Origin: Schmidtea polychroa
Taxonomy: Eukaryota
DNA length: 64,000 nucleotides
Assembly: GCA_044892525.1 (NCBI GenBank)
Contig: CM097887.1
Location: 3,596,001-3,660,000 of the forward strand
Direction: 5' to 3'
Positions within the stretch are counted from its first letter, which is position 1. The number at the start of each line of letters is the position of its first letter. Below, one piece after another: positions 1 to 9,555 of this stretch. Under the pieces are notes generated by a model that made no database searches, had not been told where the DNA came from, and worked only from the letters and a program-made list of their open reading frames with translations. The position numbers and the translations under genes were made by a program.

Positions 1-1712
1 ACGTGTCCAAAGTGGAGTCATTAAGCCTCGATCTTATTTTGGTATCCAGCTATTTTTTTATCCGGCTACATAGAACGCTCTCTCGGATTCTACACTAGTT
101 GGTTGGATTGTCAATAATGCCTGAAAACAGATTCTAAATATTTTCCTCTATGATTTCGTTTTCTGTCTTAATTATGCCTCTGATGTCTTTTGTTGTATCT
201 GCGGCTTCTTTATCATTAATTGGCAAAGTTAGTTTTTCATGAATCAATAAATGCAATTTTTCTTTTATGGAAACGTTACCAGGTTCAGCATGAGGCATTT
301 CTTGAACATCATATACAATTTCAATATCAGAGTCAACTTCATTGTTGTTGGCTGTATTTTTTTGAGAAAACAAAAGTTCCGCCAGCTCTATGATAGTTTT
401 TATCATAGTTGATTTTGTTGTTTTGTTGAAAATGTTATAATCATCGGCATCTAAATCCAAATCGTTTTGAGGGTTATACATGAACTCTACTACGTCCGAA
501 TAAACTGTTCGTCTGTCCTTCAAACGGTGAATAAAGGTGTTCTTGAGTTTGGCAGCAAGTGCAGTTTCCTGTTGTGATAACTCATCAAGCATAAACTTAA
601 GTACAACGTCAGCCCTCAATAAATTTTGATTCTCACTGCATATAGTTTCGACTGCAAGTTTTACTGGACGTAATACAGAAATAAGGTCGCCCAATAGCTC
701 GCTTTGTGAAAAATTTATATCTACTGATATATCAATCATGCTCTTTCGAATACAGTCACGAAGCTCAAAAATCGTTCGAGCATATCAAACAAGCTGTTCC
801 ATCTTGTTTTCGCGTCTAGAACCAACGATTTTTATCGTTTAAACTGCATTATCACATGCTTATGCAGAACACTATCATTTTTAGTCGGTGACTTTCGGAA
901 GATCTTCACCACTTTTCTTATTTTTTCAATTAACGGATGAATGGCAGGGAACAACGGCCATTAATCGATTTTTAAAGGATCATCAAGTGTTACAATTAAA
1001 TTTTCATCGTATTCGTCCTCGTCGTCTTTGACTACATCGACGTTATCCTCGTTTTCCGTGATACTGGGCAAACATTCTTCAGCGTTAACATTTGAAATAT
1101 CTTTCCTGTAGAGAACAGCAACAACAGCCAGTTGCATATCGTGTGATAAGCAAGTTTGATGGCCGATGTTTGACATGCGTCCAAATTTCTTCAGTGGTGC
1201 TGGAAACAAAATCATCCAAGGTTAAATTTAACGTATTCAGTTTTTCTTTTAAAATTTCTAAGCATCTAGGAGCTGGCATAGAACCATGAACTCTGGCCAA
1301 TCCAAGATTCCAGAACTTAGTTGTACTATGCACATTAATGTCATGTATCTGCGGTTTCTGGTTGAAGACCATTCGTCTAGCGTCAAACTGAATTTTTTCC
1401 TTTTAGCTTACAAGCCAAAAGTTCTTCAATTGTTTTTTTGCGTATTTTCGTGGCATACTCCATTACCATTTTTTTAATTGAATGTGGAGAAAACGGAAGC
1501 GACCCTTTTGACTCAATTAGTTTCCTCGACTCATCTCTTCGTTAGCAGATGTTATAGTACTTATGCTCTCCGATTCATTTTCTTTAACCTTTTGACTGAC
1601 TTCATATTTGTTGTCTAACCTATCTGACTCTGCTTCTGTTTCGGTTGACGCTGGTTTCTTGTTTAATTTTTTGTTTCTCTTTGCTCGTCGCTTCTGTTCT
1701 TTTAATAAACTA
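1..1712 (-). mobile_element. Decayed hAT transposase (Ac/hobo/ZBED-like), frameshifted, continues off the left edge
   Basis: Minus-strand fragments LGLARVHGSMPA..EILKEKL, CLSHDMQLAV and LISVLRPVKLAVETICSENQNLL. At 1-130 is the hAT C-terminal dimerisation motif ALLTIQPTSVESERAF..AG..SRLNDSTLD. The probable 5' terminus CAGAGCTGTGGAGTCGGAGTCGGAGTC lies at 6559-6585, beyond nested insertions. Confidence 0.85.
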
Positions 1713-2541
1713 GTGTTAGGTAATTGGGTTGGTGGTAATATTTAAAAGTTACCATTCAAATCTTTGACTCCAAAGCGTGCTTTATTCGATCCACAAAATA
1801 ACAATTCTCAAACAATATAAACCTTTATTGATTATCACAATTGATTACACGAATTATAACAACACGATCGATTTAATACTTAAATAAGTAATTATACAGA
1901 GCTTATTACAACATTACGTGAGGAATAGCTCTACTCGTATAATTCCCAATTACTGAACAATCACCAGCCGCTGATGTGACTCAATAATTTGATAGATTTG
2001 CTGGGGTACCACTCGATTGAATCTGTCCACGTTACCTCTTTCGCTAAGGGATGATTGTCCACCTCGTATGTTATCCGTTTTCGCCGTTCAACTCAGAGTG
2101 GGACCTCACATAACTTGTCCTTCAACATAGTGCCCGTGAATTGCTCCACGTTGGTACTGCACTATGCAGGCGAGACGCCAGCAAGCAAGTGAGCTTCTGC
2201 CTTAAAACTACTCCTTGCTGAGGCCTCGACTTTTCACTTACGACTGCCGATAGAAGGGCTTACGTCCGTTCTCAGTACACAACCGCCTAGCGAAATTTCG
2301 TTGAACACAGATTTGCATTCGTTTCCTGGGTCTCTAGAGTTCTTAGCTCGACGTCCTTAATCATAATCAGACTAATCTTGAAAGGAAGAGAAAACAAAAT
2401 GAACAGTAAGATTTATTGATTACTATATTATAACACAGAACTTAACCATACACATTTCAATGTTTTCAATAGGAAGGGGAAATATCACAACAAAGGTAGA
2501 TGGAGTCTTTGGATATCCTTATGAACGCTCACCGTGGCCTC

Positions 2542-3291
2542 TTATTTCTCCCATTCAGTATCGGCGAGTAACTCATCCAAATCAAAGAACTCGGAGGCGT
2601 TCTCTTCCCAAGTTACTCCCGTTGCTGAAATAACTCGTGCTGGGGGCCCGGTAGTTAGGTCTATGGTCGCGTGAGAATCGTTGATGCTGGTTGGATTTTT
2701 CGTTGAGGAGACGTTCAGCTTTGTGGATGCACGCTCACGTTGTCTCCTTTGACGCTCAGCACGTGACAACTGCCGACGCTTAGGCTTTGAGGAGCTGCTG
2801 ATAACGAGAGGCAGGGCGGAGGTAGAAACGATAGATGGAGTCGTTTTGCTGGTGCCGGTAAAGATCACGTCGGCTGGCTTGGGCGAGAGCTGAGTCTCTA
2901 CGCACCCTTTGCAAGGCTTTCTAGACGGTGACGACGACTTTGACGAGGTATCATGGTGCCTTGGGAAGAGCTGATCAGCTTCGCCTATAGGAATTTAGAC
3001 AATTTGCCGGGTGGCGGCTGCCTGGATATAGACTTTGTGCAGCGCCTCCGACTGCTCCTTTATTAGACTTCTCTGGGCACGGCTCTCAGAGATTAGAGCG
3101 TCCCTGCAATGCTCACTACGATGGAGCTTCTTCTGGGTCTCTTTCATCTGGGCGGGATTGAACCATGTCCCCTCTAGCTCATCGATCTTTCTTTTGTATT
3201 TCCCAATCTGGGTCTGTAAGTCTTTGATGATGGCGTTTTTGTCCGAGCAGGAAAAACAAGGACGTAACGCAGGCTTGGCAGTTGGAATCAT
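2542..3291 (-). pseudogene. Unknown 250-codon reading frame (CxxC, coiled coil, second CxxC, Ser/Thr-rich, basic patch, acidic tail) with one in-frame TAA at 2995-2997
   Basis: ORFs 2995-3330 and 2542-2868 are in the same frame, joined by 42 open codons (IPIGEADQLFPRHHDTSSKSSSPSRKPCKGCVETQLSPKPADV). The ATG at 3291 follows a pyrimidine-rich acceptor tttgcctttatag. Confidence 0.6.
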
Positions 3292-5392
3292 GATAACTAT
3301 AAAGGCAAATGTGAGATGTGGAATATACAAGAATCAATTTTCAAAATATAGACTCGACTAACTGGCTATTCGCGGGTATTCAACGAACACCAAGAAAGAA
3401 CTTATTTTTACATCCAACTCTGTTACTTAGATTTTTACAGCACAATTCAACTTAAGTGTAAATTGTCGATTTGACGAATGCGAAGAAAGATGGTGAAATT
3501 TCCCATTTTGGTAAAATGTTTAGTTCGCAGCCCTCCCTTTGATTTATTCAATTAAGTGATTACGCAAATAAGTTCCTTTAAGATTGATATTTAACTCCTA
3601 CCCTGGGTTCGTATTTACCATCATCCATTTCAAATTCCTATGTCGTTATTTAAAGAATTTGTTTATTTCCATTCAAACACTCGGTGTTATCGTTTACAAT
3701 CTGCAGTAATTAGTTATTATGCGTCATGTGTAAGGATCGCACACTCCGTTTACCATGAGTATGCACCGCGGCGACGATTGTCCTTATCACTCAGTTCACT
3801 ACGCACGATTGTCGGTTGACCCGAACGGGGATTGATAGTAGATAATTGACCCTGCGAGTTCTAATATCTGTTATTATCATTGGTGGCTCACACTACTTAG
3901 CCTATCATGATATGAAAAATCTACCGGTCTAACATCTGCAAATCGACAGCTTACAAGATTCATTAGCCAACACACTTATCTACTAGCATTCGTCGGGGTG
4001 AGAATTCAAATGCATGCGTCCTGTGTCAGAACAGTTGTGTGTCAATTATGCAATCTCCCGTTCATATGCAGTACAGATGTCACCAACCATGAGTAGATAT
4101 CGTTCAACAGGAGTTTGTGCACTAGCTCGGTGACGTAGAAAACTTTGGATATTATCTCACTGCCTGCAAATTCACGCTCGTCTACAATGTTGGAATTAAT
4201 TGCTGTAATTCGAAAATTTCTTTATGTTGTGATGCCTCAAGGTTATAAAATAAACGAAAATCAAATGATATCCTCGAGCCGTATTTCCGGGAAAATATTC
4301 CGAATGCGATGCAGAACAGACACTTATCCAGATAGTAAGAATTTATGTCCTAACTGCATTAAATAAAATATTAAAGTAAATGTAGTCTTATGTTTTAATT
4401 CATTTTCGTATCATGTCACTTATCTGAATGCCACAAAAAAAAATTAAATTCTCGACTCTGGCTTAGTAGCGAAATTTTCTCATGAAATTCAATACTGGAG
4501 TGTCGTAGATGAGTCTACTCTAAGTGTGGTAGTGAAGATCAAGATTCGGATTTTCAGATAAGTGGGATTTTCGAGTGATGAGATGTGACGTTGTGAAATA
4601 ATAAGAAGTGTAAAATTTGCGTTTTCCCCAATCACTGTGAAGCATATACATGACTCCCCAAAATTTCGGAATCTGTTACTGAAATCAATAAGATATCCTT
4701 CTATGAATTTTATGTCACCTTCAGCGATTGGACCCGTGAAGAAGCCTCCACATTTCGGCCCAATCTAGCTGCGTGATTGAAATATTCCATGTCCACCGGC
4801 TGAGCTCCCGAAGGCACCTCACGCCATGACATGGAGTATCTCAACTCCACGTGTCTCATTAAATTTAATTCAATCAAATAATACTTTATGAAATAAAAAT
4901 ATCCAAATTGTTCGATAATAATAAATTTATTATAAAATGAAAATATGCTTTAACCAAATAAATCGTTCACTGCATTAAATCATTTATGGGACCAAACGAA
5001 GAGAAAATAAAAACTAGTTTAAGAAAACTTTTAATCATTCATTAAATAGGTGTAATTACCATTAACTTCAAAGAATTATAAACAAATCATAATAAATAAA
5101 TAAATCCGGCTTACGCTTGAGTTAGGCTGAATCGCAAATAATGCTCGTGGTCAAAATGAGTCGGTTGTCTCTGGTTCTATGAATCCTTCTGGTTATACCT
5201 CAGTTACTAGTTGAATTGAGTTATCGAGTCACTCGTGAATTTAGGTTCGCTAATATTTCTGATGCTGGAATTAGTCCTGGTAAGTCGTAGTCGTTTACCT
5301 ATGAAAATTTTGATTAAACAGTAGGTTGGTAGAATTGGCACTTACCTATGAAAATTTTGATTAAACAGTAATTTTAATGATTTTGGTGCCCG

Positions 5393-5427
5393 TTTATATA
5401 GTAAGTTCTTATTTGTGCGGACCAATC
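5393..5427 (-). promoter_or_regulatory. TATA box (CTATATAAA) and CCAAT box near the 5' end of the 3.75-kb element
   Basis: Minus-strand CTATATAAA at 5401-5393 and CCAAT at 5422-5426. A consensus donor CATAG|GTAAGT follows at about 5345, and a duplicated donor CATAG|GTAAAC at about 5299. Confidence 0.5.
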
Positions 5428-6273
5428 AAAATTGAGTACCGCTTATTTTATTAAATTAATTTGCTTTTTTCCTATTTCTTTGGATATTTTACTTATTTTT
5501 CTACTTTTATTATATCTTTTATTTATTTCTTAAATTCCTTAATATTTATTGCATTTTACACTATTTCTCGTCATTCAATTGTCTTATTTAATTTTTCTTA
5601 TATTTTTTGTTTTAATTCTTATTTCCTAATTATTGTTTTTCTTATATCTTGTTCTATTTTATTCTTATTTTGGTTTATTTTATTTTTATTTTAATTTAGT
5701 TATCCCTAACCTAATTTCCGAGGTGTTTTCCGATTCAGCCCAACAGATTGAATTGAATTTCTCTTTGATTTGACTTGACTTGACTTTATTCAGTATACTT
5801 TAAACCTTTCTTGTTCAACACAGTTTTGTGACACTGTTTGGTTCCAATATTTTCTCTTCTTTCCAATTTCTAATTTCTTATTTTTAATTTCTCAAATTTT
5901 CTCTAATACCGAATTATTTTTCGACTATCTTGTTAAATTTTCCTTCGACCACTATTTCTGATTCCATTAAGAAGACTTTTGCTTTATGATCCGCACTTGT
6001 CCGACACTTGTGACAATTCATTTTTTTATTCCTCTCTCTCCATAATTTGTACAGCCCCTGTGTGGTCACTGATAGCTTAGCACTCGGGATAATTTGTCAT
6101 TTTTTTCCATTTCTGCTTCTGACATTTCTCATACTTATTTCTATTTCCCACGTTATCTCTAAAAGTTTAGAGATGCCGATTTTGTTTTCATTTTCATCTT
6201 CATTTTCATTTTGTGTAATAATGAATGTGTATGACGTATGAATATTAAACGTCTATGCATCATGAGTTGCGGA

Positions 6274-6531
6274 CAGCGCAGTCTCTTCCATTGTGCTAAC
6301 CGTGCTAAGCACAGGGGGCGCCGTGAGTGAAGGGGCGCCGTAAATTTTATAAAAGCCATAAATTTGATAAAATTTGCACTTTCAAATATAATTTATGATA
6401 TTACAAAAAAAATTATGAATAATTTAAAAAATTTCCCAATAGAGGCCACTGGTTGAAAATAAAAAATTGTTATTTTAGGGGCGCATTATAGTTTATACCA
6501 CATGGGCGACAAATTTCTAAAGACGCCTTTG
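6274..6531. mobile_element. hAT-type MITE, 258 bp
   Basis: 8-bp TSD GTTGCGGA at 6266-6273 and 6532-6539, GGGGCGCC subterminal motifs, degenerate CAG/CAA TIRs. Confidence 0.75.
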
Positions 6532-7351
6532 GTTGCGGATAAAACACCGCGACTCCACGACTCCGACTCCGACTCCACAGCTCTGATTATAATAATTAAA
6601 TAATGATTAAATAAATTATAATTAAATTATGACATGTGAACAGTTTCTGAATGACTGGCCTCAAGCATATCTGGTCCTCATTCAGAAAAAAAACATTAAT
6701 ATTGTACAGGTTAAATAAAATAAAAAATAATTAATTCATTACATTTTATAGTTTTAATTGCCACACAGAATTTTGTTGCCATGATTAAAACAACAAAAAC
6801 GCATTTTCTGAGTGACAGCAAACCATTTGTGAACTTTTTGCATTGTTTGAGAATTTATAGCAAAACAATAGCCATTATGGTGGCATCACTTGAATATATA
6901 ATAAAAATAGTAATTAANNNNNNNNNNNNNNNNNNNNNNNNNNNNNNNNNNNNNNNNNNNNNNNNNNNNNNNNNNNNNNNNNNNNNNNNNNNNNNNNNNN
7001 NNNNNNNNNNNNNNNNNNNNNNNNNNNNNNNNNNNNNNNNNNNNNNNNNNNNNNNNNNNNNNNNNNNNNNNNNNNNNNNNNNNNNNNNNNNNNNNNNNNN
7101 NNNNNNNNNNNNNNNNNNNNNNNNNNNNNNNNNNNNNNNNNNCAAGTAAATGATAATATAAGCCGTTATGCTGCAAAGCATATATTTAATAAAATGAAAC
7201 AATTTTCGATTATAGCAATTAATGTTATCCTTAATATGCTTGACTTGCATGAAGAAATAAGAATTTTGTTGATATAAGAAATGCAGGAGAGTGCAAGTTA
7301 TCAAACGGTAAACATTAATTTTATATAAGCATTGCATCCGTGTATAAACTG

Positions 7352-9171
7352 TCAGATCTCATTCACTGAGCATTCTAACAAAAGACTTGAGCACCTCTCG
7401 AGCAGTCTGCCATTTCCAAACTCCGCAAGCATAAAAATAAACGCATCACTAATGTTGAACGAATTCATAATCGGTTTAGAAATTCGACAGAATTTTCTAA
7501 TGGTTTTTAAATTCTCCATATTATCTGGATTAATGAAGCTTATTGTTACATTGGCCTTGAATGGCCATGGTAAAGGAACATCTTTTACGCTATGGAAAAC
7601 AATCAATGACACGTTAAATCGAGAGGAATGAACACGAATAGCCAATCGCATTTTGTATGGATGGCTATTCGATGAAAAATGCTTGCTGAATAAAATTCTG
7701 GATGCTTTAAGTCTAGTAAATGTGGAGTCGATTCTCCACATCAAAACTCCATCAATTACTTGAGAAAGATTCCTCTCTGCGTGTGTGAGTTTTCCCATAA
7801 GTTCCTTCTCATGTTTATCGAATTTGTCGTTGATTGTCTTTAATTTTTCCTCGAGTGTTTCTCTCATTTCCTATAAAAAACCTTTCTTATTGTCATTATA
7901 AAAGCTTGATTTACTTGCTGTATTTCCTGGCGTTTCATATTCATTTCCGCCGTAATCTTGTCCACGTTGCTATTGACGGTTTGTTGGAATATATGTATTT
8001 TCTGGGCTAGCAATTTCCCATTTCTCTACAATTAACGAGTTGAGGTAATTTTATTAATTCACAAAATAATTCATGCCATTGCTGTTTTAATTTCTTTGCT
8101 GATCAAACGAATCTTGTCTGCATTCATTCCAGCTATTGAGTTCTCTAAATTTCGACGTAGGACTTCAACATTATTTGCTAATTTCTCTTGCTCCTATCAA
8201 CAATGATTCATCTTTTATGTTATAAAAACATTCACCTTTATCCTAGCTTTCAGTTCTTCTTCATCCTTTTTGTTTTTTTCCTTCGTGGAGTAAGCTTGAT
8301 CCTTCATTTCCTAAATTCAATTAAGAAGTAGAATGAAAATCTAAATTTCTAACCTTATTCATGACCTCCACTCGCATTTCAAAGCAAGTATTAAGATGAT
8401 CAATTTTGTTTTTTAATAAATCTATTTCAGATATCATTTTCAAATTTTCTATCTAAATCTATTATAAGTTGAAATAATGATCTCTACTAACTTGTTTGGT
8501 TTCCATTTCTGATCGGATCCGATCAAACGTTTTTGACTCAATTTCGAATCTCATGCTATCAACTTTTTTCTCTATATTCTTTTTCCAATATTCACTTATT
8601 TGCGCTTTATTTTCCATNNNNNNNNNNNNNNNNNNNNNNNNNNNNNNNNNNNNNNNNNNNNNNNNNNNNNNNNNNNNNNNNNNNNNNNNNNNNNNNNNNN
8701 NNNNNNNNNNNNNNNNNNNNNNNNNNNNNNNNNNNNNNNNNNNNNNNNNNNNNNNNNNNNNNNNNNNNNNNNNNNNNNNNNNNNNNNNNNNNNNNNNNNN
8801 NNNNNNNNACACACAAAGAAGAAATAAATAAATTTTTACTAATTAAATATCAATTAAATTACTCTTATTGATTTAATTTCCTGATTTAATGAACTAATCA
8901 TTTGGTCTCTCAATTTTTCAGTAGATTGCAATTTTGAGATTTCGTTCTTATGAACTTCGTCGTTCTTTTTGATTTCTTCTATACTCGATTTAATCGACTC
9001 CAGCATTACAATAAGAGATTTGCTGTGGGTATAACTTTCAAGTCGCAAATGTTCAACCATTTGGTCAAATATAACGTATTCTTGATCACAGCCGATACCG
9101 TAAAAAGGACATTTTGATATCTTTTTCGGCTTTTTGAAGAAATCAAACATTTTAAAATTGAATATGCTCAT
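7352..9171 (-). CDS. TRAF-like protein (TRAF zinc finger, long coiled coil, MATH domain), at least 7 exons, one exon boundary in an N-gap
   Basis: Exon 1 (9171-8863) has CPFYGIGCDQEY..MVEHL..YTHSKSL. Short coiled-coil exons are separated by about 39-51-nt introns that keep frame. The last exon has the MATH motif DGVLMWRID..FSKHFSSNSHPYKMRL..LPWPFKANVTISF and ends at TGA 7352. Confidence 0.8.
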
Positions 9172-9555
9172 TCAAAGTCAAATTGAAACTAAAATCTGAA
9201 AATAGAAATTTGAAAAAATTGCATATAAATAATGCCATTCTGAGCTTAAAATGCAGTAACTTGATAAATTTTATTAATTATTATTGCCAAACAAAGTTTA
9301 TGATATAAATTAATTTTGCAGTTGTCGCATTTAATATTTATAAATTTTGCTTTATTATAATTAAATATTTTTATAATTAAAATAAAAAATTAAATATATA
9401 AATATGAAAATTTTTCCACTACTTCATAAATTTCAATTTTAGATAACAAACATTTGTTTTAATGCATTGTTTTAATAATGGCACAGTCTTTCAGTTTTTA
9501 AATATTTTCAATTTCGTTTACATCTTTGTAATTTAAGTGATTATATTTATCAGAA

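Larger units (their letters stand above)
1999..5745 (-). mobile_element. 3,747-bp TG...CA insertion with 5-bp TSD (AGATT); giant solo-LTR-like or non-autonomous LTR element with unknown ORFs
   Basis: AGATT at 1994-1998 and 5746-5750. Termini are TGCTGGGG and reverse-complement TGTTGGGC. Removing it restores the spacing seen in the uninterrupted LTR copy at about 23445-23465. Confidence 0.75.
1714..6200 (-). mobile_element. LTR (same family as 23175-24034), split by a 3.75-kb insertion and truncated near 6200
   Basis: 1719-1998 and 5746-6200 align collinearly with the contiguous copy at 23175-23830. It begins TGTTAGG at 1714 (minus-strand end ...CCTAACA) and has minus-strand AATAAA signals near 1790 and 1825. 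Confidence 0.75.

Noticed and set aside
2010-2060. SERGNVDRFNRV resembling the integrase NGxVERFNR motif
   Set aside because: No preceding D..D catalytic residues or zinc finger in frame, and another frame looks more protein-like, so likely chance.
2995-2997. In-frame TAA/TAG in several orphan frames suggesting stop-codon reassignment
   Set aside because: NOP56 (633 aa), HMBS, ACSL and HYKK exons contain no in-frame TAA/TAG, and NOP56 ends in TAA, so the standard code holds. The stops are better explained by decay.
5120-5745. Independent 626-bp solo LTR or MITE defined by the inverted match AGTTAGGCTGAATCGC / CCGATTCAGCCCAACA
   Set aside because: No TSD flanks 5120 and 5745, whereas AGATT flanks the whole 1999-5745 unit. 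Kept only as an internal inverted repeat of the larger element.
6781-7337. Long track ORFs containing X runs (also near 8.5, 16.8, 21.5, 35.5, 41.7, 44.6, 45.1, 46.6, 50.9 and 55.1 kb)
   Set aside because: Artefacts of translating N-gaps. Only flanking segments with independent homology were used.
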